A stretch of 64,000 bases of DNA from positions 43,402,001-43,466,000 of the forward strand of contig CM097885.1 in the NCBI GenBank assembly GCA_044892525.1. The letters are read 5' to 3'. This document shows positions 27,832 through 41,304 of this stretch, piece after piece. Position numbers and translations under genes: made by a program. The notes beneath the pieces are model-generated. The model saw nothing but the letters and a program-made list of their open reading frames with translations, was not told where the DNA came from and made no database searches. This DNA comes from Schmidtea polychroa (lineage: Eukaryota). Numbering within the stretch: position 1 is the first letter of the stretch; every line of letters begins with the position of its first letter.

Positions 27832-29303
27832 TTCAAATGTAGAGTTACTCTTATTAACTTTAAAAATTTAGCGATTTTAAAATTAATAAAAACCTTTGCA
27901 ATGACAAAGTAATTATTAAAACACTGAAATTTAACAATTAGTTATTATAATTTTTATAGAAACAGGTTTTATTAATAATTACTTCACTTATTTTAAAAGA
28001 AAATTAATTATGATTTTTATCATTTTAAAGGATAAAAAATTATTATAAAACGTTTTTTAAATTTAAATATAAAAAAAAATCATCATAAATAACAAAAAAG
28101 AATGTTCTCAAAAAATATCTTGATTTTAACTAAATCTGTATTTGTCATCCATTTGGTTAAACCATCAAATCAGAATTAAAAATTGACGCTAGTTACCGTG
28201 ACATTTAAAAAATGAACAAATTTCTCGGGCACGCATAATATTTTCCTAAGTGAGGTTGTGTTCATTGACTTAAATTCATATCCTTGATTACAAGTGTATT
28301 CATTGTCCATTACCATAGGTCTATCTACAAAATTCGTAAAATAAACTTCAATCAAAACAGGATATAATCACACTGCACCTGTTACAATGACTTTGATGAT
28401 GAGAAGCTTGAGTGGCACCCGTGAAAAAAAGGTACGAAGCTTTCGGGGCCGCTAAATTCATGGATTCGTAGATATATAAATACATTGGCTTCAGAATGAA
28501 AATAAGGCACAAATAATAGATTTCACCATGTTTATTATTGGTGGATTACATACGGGGAAGATCTTTCTTTTCTAAATTTCCTTCTGCAACCGCGCATAAC
28601 TCTTTTAATCATCCACTAAACGCTCATCGCAAGCGACATTAGTACTGCGATTTAGTGGGTGACTTTCTGCAAAAGGTGAGCTTTACAACGAGAATTGCTA
28701 AAGACCTAACAAGCCTCTGGGTTAGTGGGCTACCGTAGAAGGTATCGCGCCCCATTTTCTCTTGTCTCTTCATCGTTTTATGATTTACCCGATCTTTAAA
28801 TGATTGCCATCTACCGTGGACTTTTCACGGAAATTAGATTCAAGAATTATAAAATGTGAGATTATGATTAGCGCTTTCTATCGAATTTTCCGTGATTTCG
28901 CTAACATGATATATTATAGTTGTTCATGTTACACAGTTTTTTTATTTGACGCCTTTATATTGAGTTTATTATTAAATTAGATTTATCATCGATTTTCAAA
29001 TTATTCCTCGACTATAAATTCTCTTTGGCCTTCGAAGAACAAGTGGAACATCATTTTGCCTGATTTGTAAGTCGAATTTTTAACAATCTTCCAAAAATAA
29101 TTAATTGTTTAAGTTTAATCAAAATAATAAAAATCAAACAAAATATCAAAATTAAATACCTTTAATTATAAAAATATAGCAAGCGATTTAATTACAAAAG
29201 AGAAAGTATAATTAAATATTAATCATTGATGTTTGGATCAATATTACGATTTCTTCTACTTGACATTCAGATTCTTCAGTTCTCTAATTTTCTTCCTCTC
29301 GAA

Positions 29304-30190
29304 TAGAGTTGGGAATACCGGACCAAAAATCCAATACCAGTATTTCGGTATTGAAAATTTGTAATCCCGGGATCCCGGTATTAATACCGGTATTATTATT
29401 TTTCCTATAATAATACGAATGAATTTAATTAAAAAATTGTCAATTAAAAAAAACTAAATTTATTTATTTAAAGAAAAAAAATGGAAAAACAAAATTCAGT
29501 AAAATGTTAGTTATATATATTAATTATAAGAAAAGGAAGAAGACATAAAATTTTAAGGTTCTACTTTTCCTGTAGTTGGTTGTTGATATAAGACCTCAGA
29601 AAACATTGATTGTTGAGCGATTTATCTCCCATCCTTGACCGAATTCTGGTGCAGATTAAGCCAGGTGCCGAAAAAGCTCTCTCCGATTCTACACTGGTCG
29701 GTTGAATACTTAGCAAAATAATTATATAATAAAGTTAAGTATTTGCCTCTTAAGCCATTTGTCTCAAAAAATGACATTTCTTTTTTTATTGAGCGTGTGA
29801 GATCATTTTTGATTTGGTCTATTCCACTTTCAGGTAAATTGGTGCAAATTTCTTTTGATATTGCCCTCTCCAACTTTTCTTGTAAAGTCAGAGATATTTC
29901 ATTTCTTTGATCATCTTCACCATCATCGACATTGAATATTATATTTGTATCTGAATTTGAAACCTTGGCTGAAGTAGATGTTGTTGCTACAGGTGCAGCT
30001 TCATAATACAAGTTGGCCACACCCAGACGTTGTATCTGTAGAACAATAACTTTTGTGATTGCAGCTTTGGTAATGATCGGAAATAATTCATAATCTTTAT
30101 CGGTTTCATCATCGCTTGGATTTTCATTGCAGTTTGCATCATGTAAATATTGCAAAATACTTGAAATTTCTTTTTTTCACCAACCACCAG
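29304..30190 (-). mobile_element. Truncated hAT transposon 3' end with frameshifted transposase C-terminus
   Basis: Terminus tagagttgggaataccgg with ataccgg/cccggg subterminal repeats. ORF 29622-30155 shifts into LSIQPTSVESERAFSAPGLICTRIRSRMGD (hAT dimerisation domain). Confidence 0.8.
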
Positions 30191-31029
30191 GAGTATATCT
30201 AACTACATCCAGGTATCTGTTCATAATCTACTGCTTGACATATGTATAGTTTATTGTATATTTTTTGAATATTTTTTATGTTGGGTGATAGGGGTCGGCA
30301 CATCGAAAATTTCGAGCTTACAAAATATTATCGGACATGCCCGAAAAAGTACCGGGTGAATATCTAAGCAGAACTTCCAAGTGTCATTGCATAACAATAT
30401 GATAATTGACAATTTTGACAATTTGATATGTAAATATTATACCTTATCTTGCTTAGTTTATGTAAATATTCTCTGTAAATATTCTATCTTATCTTGCTTA
30501 GTTTATGAAAATATTCTCTGTTTTGGTGTATGTAATTTTATTGCTTTGGTGTATGCAATATAATAAGTAAAGGGTAACATTTTAATTCATTAAAATTAAT
30601 AAATAATTGCTTAATAAGATCAAAGTCAACACAAAGTTAAAATAAAATATTTTATAAATATATAAATAGGAATATATAAATAGCAATATATAAACAGTAA
30701 TGTTTGTTGTTTTTCCTGGCCCTTTGTCCGGATTGTCTTTATTTCTCGCATGTGTTTCCGTTAGCGTTAAGATTTGGGTACAAAGCATATAAACCAATAC
30801 TACTGTCATCTATGATCTTTGAGACAAACTATTTTACATTATTTGTAATAATTATTATAAAGATAATAAAAGCAGCACATTTATTGTTCCTCTTCATTTT
30901 CTCCTTAAAGCCAATAAAAAATTTGGTTTTTATTTATTTACATACTTTTTACCTCTTGTTAAAAAGTCTATCATGCTTAAGTTTGAATATTAACAATATT
31001 AGTTTACTATTAGTAAAAAATTTTATTAA

Positions 31030-31825
31030 AGATGTAGAACTGACAACAACGACTGATACATTGAGATGTGCAAATAATAGTGTTTAAGAAACGAAGGGTA
31101 AAGCTATATTAGAAATAGGAATAAATGGCAGGAAAAGAAGATATATGATATATGATATAAGATATATGACTCCAGTAAGATATATGACTCCAGAGGTAAT
31201 TAGTGGTATAGAGTTGCAAAACCAATTTGGTATACAACTAAAGTTGCCAGTAGAAGAGGTCGTGAAAACGAAGCAAGATATGCAGTATCGAAGCCAAATT
31301 TGGGAAGACAATACCGGAGTTGGAACGATTTCAAAGAGAAAAGAATAATTTAAAGATAAATAACCCAATACTACTAAACATTATAAAAAAGAATCAAAAT
31401 GTTTTTATGGCTGATAAATGGGACATTGGTTGCACAAGGCTATTGAAGCATAAAATAGAAACTCAAGGAAAACCGATAAATAAACCTTGGAGATAACCAG
31501 TCAATTTGGAAGGTAAAATAGATGAAGCGATAAAAAACTTATGGGAAAATAATATTATCAAAAAGTGAAATTCGCCATGGAACACTCCATTAATATACGT
31601 CTGGAAGAAAGAAAAGCAAGATATCAGATTATGTCTTGATTTCAGGCAATTAAACCTAGTAACAGAGAGACAGGCGTTCCCTATGCCGACTATAGCAGAG
31701 ATGTTAGATAAATTGGGTGGAGCAAAGTATTTCAGTTCGATAGATCTTGGAAAGGCATATTATCAAGTAGAACTAGAAAATGAATCAAAGCTAAAAACGG
31801 CGTTTTCAACCAAATCAGGGCAATT
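31030..31825 (+). pseudogene. Decayed Gypsy pol fragment (protease end to RT N-terminus)
   Basis: Broken frames: FMADKWDIG, SPWNTPL...IRLCLDFRQLN...FPMP...AKYFSSIDLGKAYYQV...KTAFST; related to the element at 32796. Confidence 0.88.
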
Positions 31826-32795
31826 ACCTATTACTCTGCTATGTTGTTAAACATAGTTGATGCAGCACATCAGCAGAAATATTCTTCAGTAGTGCAGATT
31901 ACTGCCTACTCAGCAGTGGTGAGACGGCCACTAACCAGACGGCCTGGCCTTTCTCTTATTACAGTTTTGTCTGTGTACAAATTTCAACTGGATTTAAACA
32001 ACTCCAGCTGTTCTGCTGCATTATATTAATAATATTACATAGCTCCAGTGAAGAGCGACTGTTTGAAGTTTTTAAGCTTATATAGTGTTTGTACATAAAT
32101 CTAATCATAATAATTATTGTCAATTTGGACTTTTTGACAAACAAATTATTGCGTTACTATTGAAATATTAAAATAATATTCAATATTGAATTAAAATAAA
32201 ATTTAAATTAGAGCCGTGGCTGAGTCAGCTGGTGACACTAATAAAAGGAAAGCAGTTACCAAATTAATCTAGGCGTATATTGGCAAAAGAAGCCAGTTTC
32301 AAGGTAGATGCTAGCAAATAAATTAAGTTAACATCATTTATAACTAAAAAGTCTAAACTGCCAGTAGTTCAATCAACTGAAGTTTCTGCTAAAATGAGCA
32401 TGTATTTGATGATCAACACCCCTCTACGCATTCGAGTTCCTGTGCTGAGCCTGCTGAGGCAGAAACATCATCTGAAGTTCTTGTTGAAGATGAGCAAGTA
32501 CTATCTGTAGTTGATGAACAACACCCAACTATGCATTCATGTGCAGAGAATACTGAGACGGTAACATAACTCAATACTCGCGAAAATAAGTAGTACCATC
32601 TTCATAATTTGTGGCGCCCCCTGAAAGTTCTCCTCCCCCCACGCACCAAAATCTAAATCCGACACTGTGAATAATATAAGATGCATAATGCTGAATAAAA
32701 CTTACTTAATATATATTAAAATTTCTATTTTTTTTAAAGATTTGATTAAAATTATCTATGAAAAATTTCCACTTTTAGATTTACTTGATTTACAA

Positions 32796-32910
32796 AGTTA
32801 TGTAAAGTTTTGTTTGAATAATATTCGTTTTAGTGTGTTTTTGAAAAATATATTTTATTGAATTATTATTGATTTATTTTATGAATTTAGAAGTTGAGGA
32901 CATCATAACT
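32796..32910 (+). repeat. 5' LTR
   Basis: Direct repeat of 37237-37351. Confidence 0.95.
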
Positions 32911-32964
32911 GGCGACCACGCCAAGGAAATCAATGCGATAGGAAAAAAGAAAGGAACTAAGAAT

Positions 32965-34128
32965 ATGTTAGATTCCTTGTCAAAACAAGCACGTGAGATG
33001 CTAAATTTTAATGTCAGAAAGTTTGACGGAAAAGTTGGATCTGAAGCCGAACTTTGGCTAAAGGATATTATGGAATGGCTGAGAATAGAAGATCAAAGTC
33101 TAGTAGACGCATTGGATCTTTTGTTGACAGATGCGGCATCGATGTTATGGGAAGCGGCGAAAATAGCGAAGATGACCGATGAAATGGCAAAAGAGTGGTT
33201 TATAGAAACTTTTACAGTAAGGAAAACCATTACTAACAAGATTGTGGAACTAGCTCAAATTCAGCAAGAGAGAGATGAAAGATTCCAAGTCTTCGAAATA
33301 CGAGTAAGAAGTTTAGTTAAAAGTGTATTTAGCTCTGGAATGTCTGATGAACAGATTGTTCGAGACATTATCTCAAACAGAGCGAAAGACGATAGAGTAA
33401 AAGAAATATTCTTATCAGGGAAAGTGACAAGTTTTGAAGATGCCAGGGATATGGCAAAAATTCAGGAGAAGATCGAGATGACGAATGACAATAAATTCAA
33501 TATTGATGCCATAAGAAGAGACTCCTACGCATCAGTGATGAAAAATGGTAAATTCGAGGGTAGACGAGACCAAAGAACAATTGTGAAGACAACTGCACAT
33601 CAACGCGACGAACACCGAGAGATTAATCATGAGAGGAATAGACCTGGTAATGGTCGGTTTGTACCAATTGTAAATAAAGACAAGAATGAAAATGAGCGGT
33701 ATAGAGGACGATATGAGACAGTAGAACCAGAGAGAAGAATACCTACAGTATCGCTTAAAGATATTGCAAGAAGGTTATTTAATGACAGCAAAGGAAGAGA
33801 TTCGCCTCATCCAGTGAAACTGACACCAGGTCAGTGTTTTTGTTGTGGAGAAAAAGGGCACCGGCGTTTTGAATGTCCAATGAAAGACAAATGTCTAATC
33901 TGTGGAAAAGAAGGTCATGGATTCAGAGATTGTTTTTTGCTTAAAAATAGAAATGGATATCAGAAGAGAGTGGCATGTATTTACGAAGAAGATCACGAAA
34001 GAAATAATGGTGATTTAACAGAAGATTTATACAGTAATTACGAAGAAACGATAAAAAAATCAATGGATAAACCAAAAAACAAGGACGATCCGATTGCTTT
34101 CATTTCGTCAGTGGGGTCGACACAATAA
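32965..34128 (+). CDS. gag: Gag with two CCHC zinc knuckles
   Basis: CFCCGEKGHRRFEC and CLICGKEGHGFRDC; first ATG downstream of the PBS is at 32965. Confidence 0.9.
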   Translation: MLDSLSKQAREMLNFNVRKFDGKVGSEAELWLKDIMEWLRIEDQSLVDALDLLLTDAASMLWEAAKIAKMTDEMAKEWFIETFTVRKTITNKIVELAQIQQERDERFQVFEIRVRSLVKSVFSSGMSDEQIVRDIISNRAKDDRVKEIFLSGKVTSFEDARDMAKIQEKIEMTNDNKFNIDAIRRDSYASVMKNGKFEGRRDQRTIVKTTAHQRDEHREINHERNRPGNGRFVPIVNKDKNENERYRGRYETVEPERRIPTVSLKDIARRLFNDSKGRDSPHPVKLTPGQCFCCGEKGHRRFECPMKDKCLICGKEGHGFRDCFLLKNRNGYQKRVACIYEEDHERNNGDLTEDLYSNYEETIKKSMDKPKNKDDPIAFISSVGSTQ

Positions 34129-37100
34129 TCAGTAGAAAGAAGCGAAATGAAGACATGATGCAGAAGATGTATGAGACGACAGACAGAAGAAAGTGGAGTA
34201 AGATTGTAATAAACATGACGGCGATTGACATGCTTTGGGACTCTGGAGCGTCAGTATCAGTTATGAGTGAAAAAAGTTGGACAAAGATCGGGAAACCGAG
34301 GTTGAAGCAGAGCACAATTTCTCTTTGTGGAGTATTTTCGACGGGAATGGAAAGACCGTTAGGAGCAATGACGATAGAAGCTGATTGGAATGGGAAAAAA
34401 AGAATTATTAATGTTATAGTTGTCAAAGATATACGTCCAGATTTCATTGGGGGTGTAGATACAATGGAGAGATTTGGTATTCAACTGGTAGAGGTAGACA
34501 ATATTGAAGCGTCACAAGTAGGGAGGACATATGTGGACTCACAACGAGAAGAGAAAGCATTATTAATGCTTGGAGACAGGAAGAATGAACAGTTAGACAT
34601 ATTGCTACGGAAGTTCAAAGGTATTTTTATGGCTTCAAGTTTTGATCTCGGGTTTACGAAAGTTGTTCAGCATGAAATGAATATAGTAGGTGGGCCTGTA
34701 ATGTTACAGCCAAGAAGACAACCAATGCATTTAGAACAAAAGCTTGACGAACTTGTCACAAACTTATTAGAAGCGAGAGTTATTAGAAAATGCAAAAGTG
34801 CATGGAACGCGCCACTAGTGATTGTGGCTAAGAAAGATGGATCAATAAGGATGTGTGTCGACTATAGAGGGTTGAATGCGATCACTGAAAAGATATCTTT
34901 TCCAATGCCAGATACACGATTTCTACTGGATTGTCTGGCAGATTCAAAATATTTCACATCCATCGATCTAGGTCAAGCATATTATCAAGTTGGAATGGCG
35001 AAGGAAATTCAAGAGGTCACGGCTTTCAGTACAAGGCAAGGACAGTTTTGTTTTAACCGACTTCCTTTTGGACTAGCAACAGCCCCTGCGACGTTTCAAA
35101 GAATGATGCACTCAATGTTGGATGGAATATTATTTAAGGGTGTTGTTGTCTACCTCGACGACATTCTTGTCTATGGAAAAGACATAGAGGAACACAATAA
35201 CCGATTAGAGGAAGTATTCAGAAAAATTCAACTAGCGGGGTTGAGAATTAACCCAGAAAAATGTAATCTGTATAAAGAAGAATTGACATTCCTAGGGCAC
35301 ACTGTAAGTGCAAGTGGGATAAAAACGAACGACAAGAAGATTAAAGAGATTCAAGATGCAGAAATACCAGTATGCGCCAAACAATTAAGATCGTTTTTAG
35401 GTATGACCAATTACTATAGGAAGTTTATAAAAGACTATGCGAAAATTGCGGAACCTCTACATGCAGCTACGTCCGGCTGTGAGAAAAAAGATTAATTGGT
35501 CAGAAGATTGCAACAATAGTTTTGAATTACTTAAAACAAAGTTGTGTGAAGCTCCAATTCTAGATTACCCAAGAATGGATAGAAACTTTATTCTGGATAC
35601 AGACGCTAGTTTTGGGGCCATCGGAACAGTTTTATGTCAAGCTAAGGAAGATGGTACTGAAGTAGTAATTGCATATGGGTCGAGACACTTGACCGCACAT
35701 GAAAAAGGTTATTGTGTGACTAGGAAGGAGTTACTTGCTATACACGAATATGTAATGTATTTTAAACAATATCTATACGGAAAGTCATTTGTAGTACGAA
35801 CGGATCACAAGGCGTTGGTTTTCATGAGATACACAAAAAAACCGATAAGCCCGCAATTTCAAACCTGGCTAGCCAACCTTTCCGGATATGATTTCGATCT
35901 TCAATATAGGAAAGGAGAGGAACATGGAAATGCGGACGGAATATCAAGGATTAAAGGGATGCTATGTGCACAATGCCAGACTAGACATGAAGACGCAAAA
36001 GAAGAAAAAGCCAGAGTAAGACATATCAGCTCATTACAGAAGACTGAGTCAATGACAATACTCTTAGAAAAGCAACAAGATGATGTAGATTTCATTCACA
36101 TGACAAGAGTGTTACAGGGAGAAGAGAAAAAAGATGACTTGAATAAAAAGAAATTTCCTTTCAATTTGCATAACAACATAAAATTAGAAGATGGGTTTTT
36201 ATTATTAGAGAAGAATGGTAAAGATGTCATCCTGGTGCCGATAGACTACTCAAATACGTTAGTTAAAGGAATACATACTGAAATGTGTCACATTGGAGTA
36301 AAGAAATTAATTAGCTATATGAGCAACATATTTTTTTGGCCAAACATGCAAGAAACTATACAAAACTGTTTGAGAGTATGTGAGATATGCTGCAGAAGGA
36401 AAATAGTGCAGGAGAAGACAAAGGAACGATTGTTGTCGATAATAAGTTCAGAATTTTTAGAACAGTTGGTCATTGATATAGCACACATGAAGAATGGTGG
36501 AGTGTACAAGTATATGCTAGTTATCATTGATCGTTTTAGCAAAATGGTCAGTCTGACCGCACTGGAGAGACAAGACGAGAGATCGATTTTCAAAGCCATA
36601 TTAGAGAAGTGGATATACCGTTTCGGAAAACCGCCAAATTGTCTGTCAGACAGAGGGAAGAACTTCGATAGTGGTTTTATGAAAACAAATCTAAGAAGAC
36701 TGGGTATTACGCAACAGTTCAGTTCACCATATCAGCATCAATCTAACGGTTTAGTTGAGAGAACAATACGGACAGTCAGAGACTTGCTGGCGACATCATT
36801 AGCAGGTGGACTAGGAGAGCGAAATTAGGCGGAGTTACTTCCTCGAGTAGAATTTTGTATCAACGTGACACAACAGAGCGCGACGGGATTTTCTCCATTT
36901 GAAATTGTTTTTGGGAGGAAGATTAACCTTCATTCAACATTGCCTCAGACGACATTGGATACAGTTGAGATACATAGATTGGTAAGAGAGAACAGTGAGA
37001 AAGCAGCTAAACAAATGAAAGAGATGGAAACAGAGAAGAGAACGAATCGGTGGGGGAGAAAGTATTAGTTCGGAAAGAACCACAAAATCGCGACAAAGAT

Positions 37101-37226
37101 GGACTACAGTATGAAGGTCCGTTTGTCATATCAAAGTTTTTGCCAGAACACCAGGTGGAATTGAGTGACGGGACGACAAAGAAACTCAGACAAATTGAAT
37201 GGCTTAAGAGATGGGCAGTTCCTTAA
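34074..37226 (+). pseudogene. pol: Pol (protease, RT, RNase H, integrase), -1 frame relative to gag, with lesions
   Basis: LWDSGAS, RMCVDYRGLN, YLDD, LDTDAS, H-x-x-x-x-H...C-x-x-C, SDRG...ERTIRT. Frameshift near 35485, in-frame TAG at 36826-36828, further shift near 37050. Confidence 0.92.
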
Positions 37227-37236
37227 AGAAGGGGAG

Positions 37237-37351
37237 AGTTATGTAAAGTTTTGTTTGAATAATATTCGTTTTAGTGTGTTTTTGAAAAATATATTTTATT
37301 GAATTATTATTGATTTATTTTATGAATTTAGAAGTTGAGGACATCATAACT
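37237..37351 (+). repeat. 3' LTR
   Basis: Direct repeat of 32796-32910. Confidence 0.95.
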
Positions 37352-37499
37352 TACAAATCTCCTCAAACTACATGTAATCGTTGCTAATGAAAAAACTCAA
37401 ATTGTTAATGCTTCAAAAATATTGTTTGAATATTGTAAAGCGTTAGGTCATTACATTCTTGGAATTATTATATAACTATTATTATATCGTGTATTTAAA

Positions 37500-39009
37500 A
37501 TGAGGTATTTATTTTCGTTTCATTTATAATTATATGATTATTTATGATTATAATTTAATTTAAAATAAAAACAATTTGATTTATTGTTCATAGAGGCAGT
37601 AGACATCAGTTTCGAAACAAGTAACATTTCTATTTGCAACTCAATAATTTCTGTTTAACGAATCATTCGCCTTAACTAAATATTTAATATTTTGCATATA
37701 AATTTTAGTCGCAGAGGAAGTAACCAAAGTCGAAATCGAAATAAGTAAGTTTGTTTCCGTTAATTATTATTATTTTAGTTTTGTTAGTATTTCAGAAACA
37801 TTTTGGTAAGACTTTCAGATTTAAATTGTTGATTTTATTTTTATTAATTGTCTGCTTTAGTTCACTGGCATTGAATGATTCAGTTAATAACACACGGGTG
37901 ATGAGATGTTATTGTTTAAAATTTAATTAATTAATTTTAGACCAATATTAGAGGCTCTCCAAATATTCGGTTATTAATTTTTACTAATATTGACATAAAT
38001 GAATCTTAAGTAGAATTATATTTAGCCAGGTTCATGGCGGAAACAGTAAAAATATTTAAATTCTGTAATTAATTTATTAAAATAAAAAAAATTATTGGTT
38101 GATTTATTGACAAAAAGTGAAAAATACTGATATATAATTTTTTCTAATTTTGATTCAATTTGATTTATGATATATTATGTTTCTGAATTCGATTTGCATT
38201 TTACCGGATCTCATTATCATTGCAATTATTTAGATGCTGCATTTTTGAGTAAAATTCAGTTCAAAGTTTTAATTACTATCATTCAGTTAATTAACTCTTT
38301 GAACCCGACAATGTTAGAATTTCAATACAAATGCCTAATACTTAGAACCCTTGAACTAAATTGAGTATCAAAAGTGTTAATTAAACGCATACCAAAGCAA
38401 TGTTTCTGTTACCTATAATTCCATACATAAACAATAACCAAGAATAAAAAATCAAGCATTTAAATCTTGAGTTCACTTTCAATTTGGCTTGGTGACCCTG
38501 AGTTCCCAAATGAATTTATGGGTTTAATAGGACGTCCGGGTTTAGTGTAATTTCACTTTTATCTATTAAAATCTTTAATATTTGATGAATTGGTGACGAT
38601 TTCATTTCGAATTGACTTAATTATAAAATCCGAAAATAGCGGTTGAACTTGGTGTTATATAATTTTCATAACCTTTAAATTGAGCAGTTGATATTTATTT
38701 TGTGAATTTGTGAATTTTATTTTATTGTCGTCTAAAGTATTGCTACAGAGTAGAATTGCTATATTATTTTCATCAGGTATTCTGTAAGATTTAGATCCAG
38801 GTAAGAATCTATTGTCCAAAAAGTACTGGTTATAAAAATTGATACAACAGCACTTCTTAATTAGTCACTATTTATCGACTTTTACTGTTTTCATCATTAA
38901 TATTTATGTTATTTTCATATTATTAATTAGAATTGATACCGCATGCAATTTTACAATTTTTTTCATTTAGAAATAATTTTTTTCGTCGTGGAAGACAAAG
39001 AGAAACTAG
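37500..39009 (+). CDS. Chain of micro-exons encoding an R/N/G/S-rich N-terminus, probably the 5' end of ZNFX1
   Basis: GT-AG-bounded exons 37500-37504, 37594-37620, 37709-37744, 37788-37805, 37861-37897, 37941-37969, 38971-39009 splice without stops to MRGSRHQFRNNRRGSNQSRNRNNISETFCSLALNDSVNNTRTNIRGSPNIRNNFFRRGRQRET. A further 20-nt candidate at 38026-38045 is out of phase. Confidence 0.65.
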
Positions 39010-39395
39010 GTTATATTTTATTGATTAATATGTATTATTTTATTATTTATGATAATATAAGTGGCAAATTAGAAGTATATATTGTACCATATTATTTCTG
39101 TTAAATTAATTATACTAGTTACGCCAGTGAAATGTCCACGAAAGTAAAACAAATTTTAGAAATACCGTATAAACATTGCTACATTCGATCTAATTGTAGC
39201 ATAAATTTGTACTTTCAATAGAAATTCTACTTACAGATTTTGCCATTCATTACCGAGACCCTTAGAATTCCCCACCGTTCGACCTAGGGTGCTGAAATTT
39301 AGCATGTGACCCTCATTTCACTCGGGACAGGTAATATGCTATTTTTCAACCCCAGGTACCCTAACCCTATATTTATCCCATTTTTATACATTTTC

Positions 39396-41299
39396 AGTAG
39401 GTAGTTAGTGGCTTACGGCAACAATTACCCCCCCCCCCCCCGGGGGGGGGGTTGTTGCAACTTTTTTTTGTTGCCGTAATTTTTTTGTTGCAACTTTTGA
39501 TTACGCAATTTTTCACACTATAGTGAGGGGGTCTCGATGGTCCTGGGATTTTCAATACAAAAAAAATTTTTCTATACAAAAACGATGGTCCTGGGATTTT
39601 CAATACAAAAAAAATTTTTCAATACAAAAATCCGACTACCACTAAAAAAGCATGGAATTTTCACACTATAGTGAGGGGGTCTCGATGTTCCTGGGATTTT
39701 CAATACAAAAACGATGGTCCTGGGATTTTCAATACAAAAAAAAAATTTTCTATACAAAAACGATGGTCCTGGGATTTTCAATACAAAAAAAATTTTCTAT
39801 ACAAAAATCCGACTACCAATAAAAAGCCTGGATTATTCACGCTATAGTGAAGGGGTCTCGATGGTCCTGGGAATTTCAATACAAAAATCCGACTACCACT
39901 AAAAAAGCCAAGGATTTTTCAGACTATAGTGAGATGAGTCTCCTTGGTCCTGAGAAATAGGTGGTCTACACTAAAAAAAAAACGTGGTAATTTAAGGTCT
40001 CAGGATATTTTCAATACAAAAAGCTGGTCTACACTAAAAAAGCATGGTAATTTAAGGTCTCAGGATATTTTCAATACAAAAATCCGACTATCAATAAAAA
40101 AGCATGGTAATTTAAGGTCTCATGATATTTTCAATACAAAAATCCGACTATCAATAAAAAAGCATGGTAATTTATGGTCTCATGATATTTTCAATACAAA
40201 AATCCGACTATCAATAAAAAAGCATGGATTTTTCCAATTAAATTAAGGTGGGTCTCCTTGGTCCTGAGAAATATGTGGTCTACACTAAAAAACGTGGTAA
40301 ATTTTTTAAAATTAAAGTAAATTATGGTTCTAAAAATTGAATTACAGTAAATTATGGACTAAGATTTTTAAATTACAGTAAATTATGGTCCAAATTTTTC
40401 AATTAAAGTAAATAATGGTTCAAATTTTTCAAATAAGGTAATTATGGTCCTAAAAAATTAAATTACAGTAAATTATGGTTCTAAAAAATTATATTACAGT
40501 AAATTATGGCTCAAAAAATTAAATTACAGTTAATTATGGTCCTAAAAAATTAAATTAAAGTAAATTATGGCTCAAATTTTTCAATTACAGTAAATAATGG
40601 TCCTAAAAAATTAAATTACAGTAAATTATGGTCTAAATTTTTAAATTAAAGTAAATTATGGTCCTAAAAATTAAATTAAAGTAAATTATGGTCCTAAAAA
40701 ATTAAATTACAGTAAATTATGGCTCAAATTTTTCAATTAAAGTAAATAATGGTCTAAATTTAAAATTAAGTAATCAATGGTAAAAAATTTTAAATAAGTA
40801 AATTAAAGTATTAATTTTTAAATTAAGTAATCAATGGTAAAAAATTTTAAATAAGTAAATTAAAGTAATGTAATAAGTAAATTAAAGTAAGATTTTTAAA
40901 TTTATTAACAAAAAGTTGAAGGTGTTTGAGAATTGAAATTTTTTAATGGAAATTTTTATGAAATATTTTTTAAGTAATTTTTAATGGAAATTTTTATGAA
41001 ATAATTTTTTAAGTAATTTTTAATGGAAATTTTTATGAAATATTTTTTAAGTAATTTTTAATGGAAATTTTTATGAAATATTTTTCAATGATAATTTTAG
41101 ATGGAAATTTTTAAGATAACTTTAATGAAAATTTTTATGAAATATTTTTCAAAGTCAAATGAAAATTTTAACGAAATAATATTAAAAATAATAATAATAA
41201 TAATAATAATAAAAATAATATATCAACCAAATACATAAAAATGAACTAGACACATAAAACACAAACAATTAACAAATGTAAAGATATAAAATTTATTCA
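39396..41299 (+). repeat. Left terminal inverted repeat (about 1.9 kb) built of several tandem-repeat tiers
   Basis: Reverse complement of 54646-56301 apart from repeat copy number; terminal C/G hairpin, gatggtcctgggattttcaatacaaaa units, 60-bp, about 30-bp and about 35-bp arrays. Confidence 0.92.
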
Positions 41300-41304
41300 A
41301 TAAA

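Larger units (their letters stand above)
32796..37351 (+). mobile_element. Ty3/Gypsy LTR retrotransposon, 4556 bp
   Basis: Two 115-bp LTRs identical by eye, AGTTATG...CATAACT termini, 5-bp TSD tacaa (32791-32795, 37352-37356), PBS tggcgaccacg at 32910, PPT aaagaaggggag before 37237, domain order gag-PR-RT-RH-IN. Confidence 0.97.

Noticed and set aside
31830..32667. Possible hAT derivative ending ...aaatccgacactg
   Set aside because: One TIR-like end only; no matching end or TSD found.
32869..32964. Gag N-terminal extension in the ORF track
   Set aside because: Begins inside the LTR and crosses the PBS; ATG 32965 is the more plausible start.
39538..40760. Regularly spaced repeats resembling a CRISPR array; ORFs 39394-40246 and 55661-56176
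   Set aside because: No unique spacers, eukaryotic context, mirrored at the other end: these are TIR tandem repeats and the ORFs are repeat artefacts.
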